33,971 nt of DNA, taken from assembly GCA_041746755.1 (NCBI GenBank), contig JBGTGL010000017.1, forward strand, positions 1 to 33,971, in the 5' to 3' direction. Below are positions 24,352 to 33,971 of the stretch, one piece after another (position 1 is the stretch's first letter; each line of letters opens with the position of its first letter). Both the position numbers and the translations under genes were made by a program. The stretch is from Acidimicrobiia bacterium (GTDB lineage Bacteria; Actinomycetota; Acidimicrobiia; Spongiisociales; ZC4RG35). The notes below the pieces were generated by a model. It saw only the letters and a program-made list of their open reading frames with translations, did no database searches and was not told where the DNA came from.

Positions 24352-26718
24352 TTGAAGACTGTCGCCATTCCGCGTGCGTCATACTTTGTCGCGACCCGCG
24401 GCCAGCCGAGGGTGCGCCGTCCCCGCGACATCCTGGCTGCGGCCATTGGCCTGATCCTGGTGCTCTGGGCGATCGCGACTGTCGACCATGTAGCCAGTTG
24501 GGACTCGTCGTTCATCCAACTCGTACAGGCTGGCCCGGCCTGGTTCAGTTCGTTGCTGTCATTGGGATATCTAGTGAGCATGCTTTATGCGCTGGTCCTC
24601 ATCGGTGCGCTGATCTGGGGTGGCAAGGAACGGCGAGGCGCCCTGAGGGACGTTGGGATCGTCGCGCTAGGCACGACCGGCTTGGTCATCCTGCTGTCCC
24701 GTCTGATCAACGGGACCTGGCCATATTTCGTCCCAGAGTTGGGACTGGAGAATCCGGTAGCTCAGTTTCCCGTGGCCCGGGTAGCCGTGGTCACCGCGAT
24801 CTTGGCTTGCGCAACTCCCTTCGTGACCCGTCCCTTGAGGTTTCTGGGATGGGCTGCAGTGTTTTTGACCTCCATAGCGGCCGTTGGATTGGAATACGGA
24901 ACCGTGCGACACACAGTCGGCTCGTTCGGCGTGGGCCTCTTTTCCGCAGGATTGCTGCTTTTTATCGTTGGTTCTCCGAAGGGCTACCCGGAGCCGGAGT
25001 CGGTGGCCGCCGGGCTGCGCATATTGGGAACCGAGAACAGCGGGATCGAACTGGCCAAGGACCAGTTGTGGGGTGCGTTGCGGTTCAGAGCCCGAGCCGA
25101 GAGTGGACGGCCCCTGGATATCAAGGTGCTGGGGCGAGATACTTCAGATTCCCAGCGCGCAAGCAAGCTGTGGAGGACGCTGTGGTACCGGGAGATGAGT
25201 CGAACGGCGAACCACTCCCGCCTTCAGACCGTTGAACACGAGGCTCTAATCACTGTGATGGCCAAGCGAGCCGGAATCAGAGTGCCCGATCTGGTCGCCG
25301 TGGGTAATCCAACGTCGGAGATCGCCCTTATTGCCCTGGATGTGGGTGGCACCGCCTTGCGCGACGTCGATCCGTCCGTAGTGACGGACGAACTAATGGT
25401 CAGCATTTGGCGCGATGTGAAACGGATGCACGACCACTCGATCAGCCATGGGCGCCTCAGCACCGCCGCGATTCGTGTCGACTCCGATGGCTTCCAGATC
25501 ATTGACTTCGCATTCGGCGACCTAGCTCCTGACGACGCCAACCAGTCCGAGGATGTGATGGAGTTGTTGTTCACCCTCGCCCTTATCGTTGGCCCTGAAC
25601 GCGCCAGTCGCTCCGCCTTTGAGGGGCTCGGCCGTGATGCGCTGGTTGAGAAGCTGCCCTATCTCCAATTGCCCGCGGTCAGTGCCACCAGCCGGCGTCT
25701 CGCCGAGAGTCCCAAAAAAGTCATGTCGGGATTGGTCGAGGCGGTCCTCGATCTGACCCAGACAGAGGCGCCCGAACCCGTCAAGCTTCGACGGGTCACG
25801 GTTCGCAACCTCGTGATGCTCGCGCTCTTGCTGCTCGTGGGCTTTGCCTTGGTCCCACTATTCACCAGTGTCGACTACGCCAAAATTTGGGATGTCCTCC
25901 AAGGTGCCGATTGGACGCTGATGGTGGCGGCCCTCCTTGTGGGCCATACGCAGTTCTTCCCGTCAGCAGCCTCCACCATGTTCGCGGTCAGTGTGAGGCT
26001 TCCTTTCTGGCCGTTGCTAACACTGCAGACCGCAAGCCAATTCGTCAGCTTGGCGATTCCGAGTTCTGCTGGTCGGATCGCAATGAACACGGCATTTCTC
26101 CACAAATTCGGACTTTCCGTAACCGCTGCTCTAACTCAGGGTGCCATCGATGGCTTTTCCGGGTTCGTTGTTCAGGCTGTCATCCTCGTGGTTATTTTCC
26201 TGACCGGGGACATCTCGTTGAGCATCGACACTTCGACCATCCCCTGGCTCCTCATTCTCGGGATCGTCGTGTTGATAATTGTCGGAGCCGCCATAACCGT
26301 CCTCCGGGTCCAAAAGCTGCGCGACCGTATCGTTCCTCTGTTGACCCAGGCGTGGGAAGCATTGGCCGTTGTCATCAGGCAACCGTCCCGCGCCATCGGA
26401 TTGGTCGTGAGCAGCTTTATCTATTGGAACGCGCTGGGTCTGACTCTTTGGCTCCTACTCGAGGCGGTTGGCGCGCCGGTGAGCTATACGTCGGCGCTCT
26501 TTGTCGCCGCAGGAACCAGCCTCTTCGCCGGGTTTATGCCGATTCCCGGTGGCGTTGGCGTCGCCGAAGCAACGATGACGGCCCTCCTCGCGACTTTCGG
26601 AGTGGATAGCTCCGCCGCTTTCGCAGCGACCGCTGCCTATCGGGTGATTACCTTCTATCTTCCCGCCCTCGAAGGTTTCTTTGGTATGAGGTGGCTGGAG
26701 CGCAACGAGTACATCTAG
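24352..26718 (+). CDS. Membrane protein: N-terminal TM block, central kinase-like domain, C-terminal lysylphosphatidylglycerol synthase TM (flippase-like) domain
   Basis: C-terminal PIPGGVGVAEA and YRVITFYLP. Central IKVLGRD, EHEAL, SHGRL, IIDF resemble a degenerate kinase fold. Confidence 0.75.
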   Translation: MKTVAIPRASYFVATRGQPRVRRPRDILAAAIGLILVLWAIATVDHVASWDSSFIQLVQAGPAWFSSLLSLGYLVSMLYALVLIGALIWGGKERRGALRDVGIVALGTTGLVILLSRLINGTWPYFVPELGLENPVAQFPVARVAVVTAILACATPFVTRPLRFLGWAAVFLTSIAAVGLEYGTVRHTVGSFGVGLFSAGLLLFIVGSPKGYPEPESVAAGLRILGTENSGIELAKDQLWGALRFRARAESGRPLDIKVLGRDTSDSQRASKLWRTLWYREMSRTANHSRLQTVEHEALITVMAKRAGIRVPDLVAVGNPTSEIALIALDVGGTALRDVDPSVVTDELMVSIWRDVKRMHDHSISHGRLSTAAIRVDSDGFQIIDFAFGDLAPDDANQSEDVMELLFTLALIVGPERASRSAFEGLGRDALVEKLPYLQLPAVSATSRRLAESPKKVMSGLVEAVLDLTQTEAPEPVKLRRVTVRNLVMLALLLLVGFALVPLFTSVDYAKIWDVLQGADWTLMVAALLVGHTQFFPSAASTMFAVSVRLPFWPLLTLQTASQFVSLAIPSSAGRIAMNTAFLHKFGLSVTAALTQGAIDGFSGFVVQAVILVVIFLTGDISLSIDTSTIPWLLILGIVVLIIVGAAITVLRVQKLRDRIVPLLTQAWEALAVVIRQPSRAIGLVVSSFIYWNALGLTLWLLLEAVGAPVSYTSALFVAAGTSLFAGFMPIPGGVGVAEATMTALLATFGVDSSAAFAATAAYRVITFYLPALEGFFGMRWLERNEYI

Positions 26719-26735
26719 CTGCGTCGGTACAAGGG

Positions 26736-27590
26736 TCAGTCGAAAACGGCGGTGCGATTTCCATAGGGGAGGATGCGTCCTTCGAGATGCAGACGCACGG
26801 CCCGGGCGAGTACAACTTTCTCGAGATCGCGGCCCTTCTGCCTCAACTCAGGGATTCCGTCGCGATGGCTTACCCTCACCACATCTTGGACGATGATCGG
26901 GCCCTCGTCGAGGTCCGTCGTTACATAATGTGCCGTCGCCCCGATTAGCTTCACCCCTCGGGTGTGTGCCTGGTGATACGGCTTGGCCCCGGCGAAGGCC
27001 GGTAAAAAGGAATGGTGGATATTGACTATCCGGTTCTTATAGTCAACGACCATCGACTCGGGGATGATCTGCATGTAGCGGGCCAGGACAACCAGGTCAA
27101 TCGCTTCCTGGTCGCAGATCTCCCTTATCCGATTCGGATGAGAATCACGATCCTCGGGGTCGACCGGCACGTGGTGGAATGGGATTCCGTAATGGTCGGC
27201 GAGAAAACCGTGGTCGGGATGGTTCGAGGCAACCAGGACCAATTCTGAGTTCCGCATCTCGTCGATCGCCCAACGGCTCAACAGGTCGGCCAAACAGTGC
27301 GACTCCCGGGACGTCAGAATGGCGACCCGGACCCTTGAATTTGGAGTCTGCAGGGACCACTCCATATCAAAGGGAAATGCCACGCCGTCGAATTCTCCGG
27401 CCACCCGGGCTATGCCGCTGGCGTCGATTAGAAATTGGATTCTTTGCAGAAACAGGTTCTTCTCGTGGTCGATGTGCTGGTCGGCATGGAGGATGTTCGC
27501 CCCCCTATCGGCAAGAAATTGAGCCACCGCTGCCACCAGGCCGGGACGGTCAGGGCATGTGACGAGGAGAGTGCACGGGTCGAGATCCAT
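26736..27590 (-). CDS. purU: Formyltetrahydrofolate deformylase
   Basis: CPDRPGLVAAV ACT domain, SHCLADLL, SNH, LARYMQI, NIHHSFLPAFAGAKPYHQA, GATAHYVT.DLDEGPII. Confidence 0.97.
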   Translation of the reverse strand: MDLDPCTLLVTCPDRPGLVAAVAQFLADRGANILHADQHIDHEKNLFLQRIQFLIDASGIARVAGEFDGVAFPFDMEWSLQTPNSRVRVAILTSRESHCLADLLSRWAIDEMRNSELVLVASNHPDHGFLADHYGIPFHHVPVDPEDRDSHPNRIREICDQEAIDLVVLARYMQIIPESMVVDYKNRIVNIHHSFLPAFAGAKPYHQAHTRGVKLIGATAHYVTTDLDEGPIIVQDVVRVSHRDGIPELRQKGRDLEKVVLARAVRLHLEGRILPYGNRTAVFD

Positions 27591-27640
27591 TCTCGGGAAG
27601 TTTTAGCAGATACCGAGCGTGGACATATTGCCCAGTGGGT

Positions 27641-28336
27641 CTACGTCGTTGCCAGTGTTACGGCGAAGCCAACAACGGTCCAAACTCCGGCCTGGGCGCC
27701 GGCCTTGTTGAAGGCGTACGGCATCAGAGAGTTTGTCAGCATTGCCAGGAGTCCTCCCGCGGCGAGAGCAGCGGCCCGGTCACCGTCGGCCCCGAGCGCA
27801 GTGCCCAGGAAGTAGCCGATCCCTGCGGTCACTGCACATGCCGCCACGACGCTGCCCCACATCGCTGTCATCTTTCCGGGCTTCCATCCCGATTCGGCCA
27901 GAGATGCAGAGGGTGCCAGCGCTTGGGGTATGTTGGATACCCAAACTGCTCCAAGGAATGCGGCGCTGATTGGTTGGCCCGTGGCGATCTGGATCCCGAA
28001 TATCACTGATTCGGGGACGCCGTCCACGACCGCTCCGACCACTATGCCAAGAGGCCCTGACCCGCCGCCATCGCCAAACTTGGCCTCGACGATCCGGTCG
28101 CTGACGACGAAAATCAAGGCCCCGATCAGAAGCCACAGTGCCAGCTCCTCCTTGGAGAGGCTCGAGCTCTCGGGAATCAGGTCGAATGCCACGGCACTTA
28201 TAAGCGCCCCGGCGCCGAACCCGGCGGTGGCACCGATGACTTTCGACGGTATTTTGATCCCGTAGACAACCAGGCCGCTGAGGATCAGCGATGATTGGGC
28301 CAGGCCACCAAGAAGTAGGGCGTCCCAAAAATTCAA
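27641..28336 (-). CDS. ZIP/GufA-like membrane transporter
   Basis: GFGAGALISAVAFDLIPE, VDGVPES, SNIPQAL, AAGGLLAML...MP.AF; TTG start. Confidence 0.75.
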   Translation of the reverse strand: MNFWDALLLGGLAQSSLILSGLVVYGIKIPSKVIGATAGFGAGALISAVAFDLIPESSSLSKEELALWLLIGALIFVVSDRIVEAKFGDGGGSGPLGIVVGAVVDGVPESVIFGIQIATGQPISAAFLGAVWVSNIPQALAPSASLAESGWKPGKMTAMWGSVVAACAVTAGIGYFLGTALGADGDRAAALAAGGLLAMLTNSLMPYAFNKAGAQAGVWTVVGFAVTLATT

Positions 28337-28485
28337 CTCGGTTTCCCGTCCATTTCGTCGTTGCGGAAGCGTAGCCCCTGGAACTGGAGCCCGGCGCTCG
28401 TGTTCGCGACACCAAAGCGGAGGGGATTCGCACCGTCACGCCCGTCGCACTTCCGGAGTAGGGTCTGCAAAAAAGCGAGGTCTCT

Positions 28486-28851
28486 GTGTTCAACAAAAGT
28501 CCAGCATTCAGTGGATTCTCGGTCGACGATATTGTCGCGGCACATGCCTTCTACGCAGATGTGCTCGGGCTATCGGTAACCGAAGAGAACGGGATGTTGC
28601 GTTTGGCCATCGAGGGCGGCAACCCGATTGTGGTATATCCGAAAGCCGACCATGAACCGGCGACGTTCACCGTTCTCAACTTTCCTGTCGACGATATCGA
28701 TGTCGCAGTCGACGGGTTGACGGCCCGTGGGGTGGATTTCGAGGTGTACGAAGTGGTCGACGAGCGGGGAATCATGCGCGGGTACGGTCCGCCCATTGCG
28801 TGGTTCACCGATCCGGCCGGCAACATATTGTCAGTCATCCAGGTCGACTGA
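28486..28851 (+). CDS. VOC (glyoxalase/bleomycin resistance) family protein
   Basis: [43 protein letters not shown]. Confidence 0.92.
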   Translation: MFNKSPAFSGFSVDDIVAAHAFYADVLGLSVTEENGMLRLAIEGGNPIVVYPKADHEPATFTVLNFPVDDIDVAVDGLTARGVDFEVYEVVDERGIMRGYGPPIAWFTDPAGNILSVIQVD

Positions 28852-28880
28852 GAAAGCCGCACCACCAAGATCAGTCTGTT

Positions 28881-30992
28881 TCAACTGAGTTGGTCGCGGG
28901 CGGCTCGAAATGCCCTGGTCAATTCATAGCCGGAATGTCCCGATCCCTCGAGCTCAGCGGTGTCGATAACACTTCCGCCTAGTGCTTCTCCTCCAATCGG
29001 ATCGTCCGGCCGCGAAAGGTTGGACCAACCTTTGGGCAACTTCGCTGGAAGGTCGACCACAAGTCCTTCGATCCCGGTGTCGGGGAAGAGCTTTCGATAT
29101 AGGAGTGTGATCGGGCTCCCGTATGTGAGAAGTCCCGTGGGGAGATTGCCTTCCTCGGCAGCGGCTTGCTGTGTGGCGACGGCGGCGATGACTGAACCTT
29201 GGGAGTGCCCGGCGAGAATATCTACACCGCCAGCGCTGATCTGGTCCCGAAGCGCGGTGACCACCTTGGGCCCGTAGGCCGGAGGTGCCAGGGGGTGGAA
29301 CCATCGCGGCCAGAAAGAAGCAACATCCCAGAGCACCCCAACTTTGCGACTGGAGGCTCCCTGGCGGTATGCACCGAGAACACTGCGCCCGATGGCCACC
29401 ACGGGGGCGATGAAGATCAATGTCCGGGAGAGCGGCAAGGCGTGCAGGTACTGGGACGGGTCGAACGAACCGAAGGTTGGTTCGAAGATCCCGATCCAAA
29501 GCACCACCAGCGCCCCCAGCGCCAGGGCAGTGCCCGGTATCCGTTTGAACCTATAGATGCGCAGTGCGATAGCTCCCAGGATCGACGCAATCAAGCCGAC
29601 CACCAGTAGATCGGCACCGGGGAACTCGCTGAGTGCGTCCGGCTGGCACAGGCCCGGCGTGAGGACACATCCGCTCACAATGGCATACCCGCCCACAATG
29701 AGTCCGAATGAGGCTGAAGCGCCTAACAGGAGTCTCGATTTCTTGGTGACGCGGGTAATTAGCTTGTTGGCCAACCCCTCTTCGTCGAGCTCGGGCAGGC
29801 CAAAGAATGTCAAGAGGATCGCTACCAACGCAACGAATAAAAGAAAGATGAGCGATGCTGGCGCCACCCATGCCCCGCCTTGCCCGACGAGATCGCCGAC
29901 GTTGAGGAGGTCTTCGGTGATGAGTCCGACGCCAACTCCGAGGGCACCACCGAAGAAAGTGGCGAACGTCAGGGCGCCGACACCGGGAATCCCTCCGACG
30001 ATGGCAACCGCCCCTGCTAAGCCCAAAGCAATAGCGATGTGGAATGTGGTTCGGTGGACCGCCGCCAGGTCAAGCGCCCCTTGGTCGAACGCGTAGAGGG
30101 CAACGGCCCATAGAGCGACAGCTTCACCGACAACCGAAGTCCAGGAGGTAACTACGAGGGTGATTCGTGACCCGGCCCGATAGGTGGTTGCGACAATTAG
30201 TGCTGCCATCGCTGTCAATCCAACAAGAGAGACAACTTTGATCAGTTCCGATCCGATGATTCTCGCTATGACCAGGGCCACTACCAACTGGCCGGTGGCG
30301 AAATGGATCCGACGGAGTCGATGCAGAATGGTGTGCGGGCCCCACATCACCCCGTCGCTCAGCTTGGCATCGGCCGGGTCCGCCCATGAGGGGTCTTCTA
30401 CGCTGCTCATGGCACCGACACGAGGTGCAAACAGGAGCGAGAAGCGTTCAGAGTAGGGGAGCGGACTGAAATGAGATTGCGTGGAGAGCCTGAGAACAAC
30501 AGCTCCGAATACCAAAACGTACCCGAGTCCGGTTAATGCGCGGACTGCCGCCATGAGGGTCGTATTCCAGCCTGAGGCCTCCGCGTACAGGCCCGGTAGC
30601 GCCACCACTACATATCCGATCTGGGCGATAAACAGCCCGGTGAGGGCTAGTCCGGCCATCCTGACCGCGGCCCGTTGTAGTGGCCCGCGGCGCAACCCCA
30701 TCCAACCGGCCACATTGGCCAGGGCAAATGGGGCAAGGAGGATCCAGAGCGATGTCAGCCAATGGCCCGTTGTCAGCGATCCCCAGTGGAAGGCTTCTGT
30801 CTCGTATGGCCGACCCGAAGGATGGGTCACTTCCAACGACGGGCGTTTCCGGTAGATCCGGGTAAATGGGTCCCCGCCCATCTCGGGAATGGGGTCGGTG
30901 TACAGCATGTCCCTCGGGGGAGTTCCCGAGACTCCGTGAACTCTGAGCTCTCTGATTCGGTCCAGATCCATCCCTTGGCCGGTCGTTGTCAA
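28881..30992 (-). CDS. Polytopic membrane protein with alpha/beta-hydrolase motifs
   Basis: N-terminal ELRVHGVSG, many TM segments, C-terminal AGHSQGS, LLTYGSP, DDPIGG, GHSGY. Start may be 30971. Confidence 0.75.
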   Translation of the reverse strand: MTTTGQGMDLDRIRELRVHGVSGTPPRDMLYTDPIPEMGGDPFTRIYRKRPSLEVTHPSGRPYETEAFHWGSLTTGHWLTSLWILLAPFALANVAGWMGLRRGPLQRAAVRMAGLALTGLFIAQIGYVVVALPGLYAEASGWNTTLMAAVRALTGLGYVLVFGAVVLRLSTQSHFSPLPYSERFSLLFAPRVGAMSSVEDPSWADPADAKLSDGVMWGPHTILHRLRRIHFATGQLVVALVIARIIGSELIKVVSLVGLTAMAALIVATTYRAGSRITLVVTSWTSVVGEAVALWAVALYAFDQGALDLAAVHRTTFHIAIALGLAGAVAIVGGIPGVGALTFATFFGGALGVGVGLITEDLLNVGDLVGQGGAWVAPASLIFLLFVALVAILLTFFGLPELDEEGLANKLITRVTKKSRLLLGASASFGLIVGGYAIVSGCVLTPGLCQPDALSEFPGADLLVVGLIASILGAIALRIYRFKRIPGTALALGALVVLWIGIFEPTFGSFDPSQYLHALPLSRTLIFIAPVVAIGRSVLGAYRQGASSRKVGVLWDVASFWPRWFHPLAPPAYGPKVVTALRDQISAGGVDILAGHSQGSVIAAVATQQAAAEEGNLPTGLLTYGSPITLLYRKLFPDTGIEGLVVDLPAKLPKGWSNLSRPDDPIGGEALGGSVIDTAELEGSGHSGYELTRAFRAARDQLS

Positions 30993-31048
30993 GCTACCCC
31001 ATTTGGCGAGAATTAGAAGGCGGCCGCCACCCCGCTAGATTCACCCTT

Positions 31049-32056
31049 ATGGACGAAGAACGTATTGCTCTGTTTATCGACTTTGAGAACCTGGCGATTG
31101 GAGCACGGGAGGCGCTGGGCGGAATGGAGTTCGACTTCGAGCCGATCGCCAACGCCCTGGCTGAACGGGGCCGGGTAGTCGCCCGAAAGGCCTACGCCGA
31201 CTGGACCATGTTCGATGGGGCGAGGCAGCGCATGACGCGGAGCCATGTCGAACTGATCGAGATCCCACAACGGATGGGTGCGAGTCGGAAGAACGCTGCC
31301 GACATCAAGTTGGTAGTCGACGCGATTGAGTTGGCGTTTGAGCGTGACTACGTAACGACATTCGTCATCTGCACCGGCGACAGCGATTTCACCCCCCTGG
31401 TTCACAAACTGCGCGAATTGAACAAGAAGGTGATTGGAGTGGGAGTAAAAGCCTCGACATCGGCGCTGTTGCCTCCGGCCTGTGACGAGTTCCTCTTCTA
31501 CGAGAATCTCGAGGGTGTTGAGCCGCTTCGGCCGGATACTTCGCCCGATCCCGAGGAGACGCCTGGCGACACTCAACTCCAACTGGAGAGTCTCATCACG
31601 ACCACCCTTGCCGGTCTGAGCCGTTCCACGGGTGGAGAGGTGCTGGCGTCCTCTCTGAAGCGGGCGATGTTGCGGAAGGACTCGACATTCTCCGAGACAG
31701 ACCACGGATATCGGGCGTTTGGAGAGTTGCTACGAGATCTCGAGTCGGAAGGGGTTATCGAATTGTCCGAGGGCCCGGGTCGGGGCGACCCGATCGTCGG
31801 GTTCCCATCCACCGGTAGCGGCGAGGAGGATGCCTTTGCGCTATTAACGCGGGTCGTTGCCGATCTATCCAAGGGAAACGGGAAGGTGGTGCTCTCCGGC
31901 CTGAAAAACCAGCTCAGAAAAGAGGATCCCGAGTTCTCTGAGAAGAAGTTCGGCTATGGCGGTTTTCTCCAGTTCTGCAAGGGTGCAGCCCGCAAGGGAC
32001 TGATCGATCTGAATTGGGATGAGAAGGCCGAGGATTACCAGGTGACCCTGGGATGA
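31049..32056 (+). CDS. NYN (LabA/DUF88) domain protein with two OST-HTH/LOTUS domains
   Basis: ALFIDFEN, AYADW, KNAADI, TGDSDF, CDEF, and two LK...D..FSE...GY..F repeats. ATG 31049 lies 7 nt after TAGATT. Confidence 0.9.
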   Translation: MDEERIALFIDFENLAIGAREALGGMEFDFEPIANALAERGRVVARKAYADWTMFDGARQRMTRSHVELIEIPQRMGASRKNAADIKLVVDAIELAFERDYVTTFVICTGDSDFTPLVHKLRELNKKVIGVGVKASTSALLPPACDEFLFYENLEGVEPLRPDTSPDPEETPGDTQLQLESLITTTLAGLSRSTGGEVLASSLKRAMLRKDSTFSETDHGYRAFGELLRDLESEGVIELSEGPGRGDPIVGFPSTGSGEEDAFALLTRVVADLSKGNGKVVLSGLKNQLRKEDPEFSEKKFGYGGFLQFCKGAARKGLIDLNWDEKAEDYQVTLG

Positions 32057-33285
32057 ACGCCGATGTGGTGGTGGTTGGCGGTGGAATCGTCGGCTCCTCG
32101 ATCGGGTACCAATTGAAGAGACACGGGGTGCCCAGGGTGGTGATTCTGGACAAGGGTCTGGGGCCGGCCGAAGGGTCAACCGGGGCGTCTTCGTCGATCT
32201 GCCGCTGTCGTTACACCAATCCCGAGGTGGTCCGGCTCGCCTTTCACGGCCAGGAGGCGTACGGGAATTGGGGCGAGTTCCTCGATCTCGATGTGACGCG
32301 GTCTGGATTACAGCGGCTGGGCGTTCTCTGGATGATGGGTGAGACCATCGACAAGGTCGAAGCCGATGTGGCCAAGTTGCAAGGCCAGGGGGTTGCAGCC
32401 GAGACGATCTTGCCCGGGCAATTGGCTGATCGCTTTCCATCTCTATCGAATTGCACGGCACCATTCGACATGACAGGGGAGGTCGAGCACGTGTGCAGCA
32501 GTGATGGTGCCTTCCTCTTCGAAACCGAGGGCGGTTATGCCGACCCGGTGGGAGCCAATCAAGACTTGATCGAAGCCGCTCGCCAAGCAGGTGTGGATGT
32601 TCGGTTTGGATCCCGGGTAGTTGATGTCACGAGGTCGGAAAGCGCGGTGACCGGTGTTTCTTTGAGCGACGGAACCGCAATCGAAGCCGATCTCATCATC
32701 AATGCTGCCGGCCCGTGGTGCAACCAGCTCAACCAAATGGCGGGTGTTGATCTTCGTTGGACCTTGACGCCGACCCGGATCCAGACTGTCTACCGGGAGT
32801 GGCCTTCAGAACTTGGCCGGCTACCGGTTGGCGCCGATACCAGCACCGGCATTTATTTTCGGCCCGAGTCCGGGGGCCAGCAGGTGCTGGTCGGTTCGGT
32901 TCTGCCCGAGGACGAGGAAGAGATCGTCGATGACCCCGACATTTTCAAAAGAAGCCCTGATGTCGAATTCACCCAGCTGAAACTGGCAGCGTTTCATCAC
33001 CGCATCCCTGGCCTGGAGCCGCGGGGCAATGTCTCGGGTATCGCAGGCCTGTACACCATCAATCGCGAAGACGTTCATCCGGTCGTCGGACCAACGGAGG
33101 TCGACAACTTCTGGGTCGCCAACGGATTTTCCGGCCATGGATTCAAATTGGCCCCTGCGGTTGGATCTATGGTTGCCCAAGCGGTCTCCGGCATCTCGAT
33201 GGACCTCGACACAGATGTCCCGATGAGCTTCTTCGCTATCGACCGCGATCCGATTGGCGTCGAGACCAAGAGCGTCCTGGCTTGA
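32053..33285 (+). CDS. FAD-dependent oxidoreductase, DAO/sarcosine oxidase beta family
   Basis: VVVGGGIVG dinucleotide fold, GSTGAS, GYADP, INAAGPW, GFSGHGFKLAPAVG. Confidence 0.9.
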   Translation: MNADVVVVGGGIVGSSIGYQLKRHGVPRVVILDKGLGPAEGSTGASSSICRCRYTNPEVVRLAFHGQEAYGNWGEFLDLDVTRSGLQRLGVLWMMGETIDKVEADVAKLQGQGVAAETILPGQLADRFPSLSNCTAPFDMTGEVEHVCSSDGAFLFETEGGYADPVGANQDLIEAARQAGVDVRFGSRVVDVTRSESAVTGVSLSDGTAIEADLIINAAGPWCNQLNQMAGVDLRWTLTPTRIQTVYREWPSELGRLPVGADTSTGIYFRPESGGQQVLVGSVLPEDEEEIVDDPDIFKRSPDVEFTQLKLAAFHHRIPGLEPRGNVSGIAGLYTINREDVHPVVGPTEVDNFWVANGFSGHGFKLAPAVGSMVAQAVSGISMDLDTDVPMSFFAIDRDPIGVETKSVLA

Positions 33286-33971
33286 TCTTTCTCGACGCCA
33301 CCGCAACCAGGCGTGCATTGCCGATGTCTGACGCCATCGAAAGCATGCGGGATGCCTTTGCCGAGGATGTTGAGATGCCATTGCGGACCCAGCTGGGCTC
33401 GTCGCTCTTCATGCCGGGCCGGGTCGGCGATGTGTCCGGGGTGAAAGTAGTGTCGGTAGTGCCTGGCAACCCGGTTGGAATCGTCGCCATTTTTGACGGG
33501 AACGGCAACGCCCTTGGTCTGGTTGACGGCCCCACTCTCACCGGGATCCGGACCGGTGCGGTGGCAGGGCTCGCCACCAGCCTGCTGGCATCAAAATCGG
33601 CTGCCCGATTGGCCATGTTGGGGGCAGGGGCCATGGCATACGATCAGATCGAAGCAATTCGCTGCGTCCGGGAACTCGAGGACATCATGGTTTGGTCGCG
33701 CAACGCCACCCACGCTGCAGCCGTGGCCGAGCGGGTCGGGGGAAGGGTTGTGGACGACCCCGATGTAGCTGTCGCCAATGCCGACATAGTTTCCTGCGCT
33801 ACCCCGGCCACCACCCCTCTGTTCCGCCCTGACTCTGTCGGTTCCGGGACCCACATCAATGCGGTCGGCGCCTTCCGCCCGGACATGGTCGAGGTGCCAT
33901 CCGAGACTGTGAATCGCGCCTTCGTGGTCGTCGACGACTACGAAGCGGCCGCCGCAGAGGCCGGGGACTTG
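33282..33971 (+). CDS. Ornithine cyclodeaminase/mu-crystallin family protein (3' end outside window)
   Basis: Not in the ORF track. Manual translation from TTG 33282 gives MIFLDA...LFMPG...GVKVVSV...LTGIRTGA...LGAGAMA...VWSR...ADIVSCAT...HINAVGAFRPDMVE...EAGDL, open to the window end. Confidence 0.9.
   Translation, partial: MIFLDATATRRALPMSDAIESMRDAFAEDVEMPLRTQLGSSLFMPGRVGDVSGVKVVSVVPGNPVGIVAIFDGNGNALGLVDGPTLTGIRTGAVAGLATSLLASKSAARLAMLGAGAMAYDQIEAIRCVRELEDIMVWSRNATHAAAVAERVGGRVVDDPDVAVANADIVSCATPATTPLFRPDSVGSGTHINAVGAFRPDMVEVPSETVNRAFVVVDDYEAAAAEAGDL

Overview
GC-rich chromosomal window, most likely from an actinobacterium (Acidimicrobiia-like; inferred from gene families and leaderless TAnnnT promoters, not from a search). 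Left half (1-15.3 kb): a CopB-type Cu ATPase plus a His-rich cytochrome c behind a MerR-type promoter, a CDF metal exporter, a lipoprotein plus HmuTUV-like ABC importer, and a complete 7-gene histidine operon (hisG, hisC::HAD phosphatase, hisB, hisH, hisF, hisA::hisI::hisE, hisD). The his operon is preceded by an unannotated His-rich leader peptide with a terminator and antiterminator. Every junction between these modules carries a piece of the same degenerate non-coding repeat (5 copies, 76-88% identity where I counted), and I found no copy in the right half. Right half: a dynamin-like GTPase pair, a YgjP-like M48 protein behind a PafBC-type DNA-damage promoter, a HicB-like RHH/DUF4097/ABC exporter module with phased TGGCAC repeats, a GH13 glucosidase, an LPG-synthase-TM membrane protein, purU, a ZIP-like transporter, a VOC protein, a membrane-interrupted alpha/beta hydrolase, a NYN-LOTUS protein, an FAD oxidoreductase and a truncated ornithine cyclodeaminase-family gene. 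I saw no tRNA, rRNA, CRISPR array, transposase or integrase. All alignments were done by eye.
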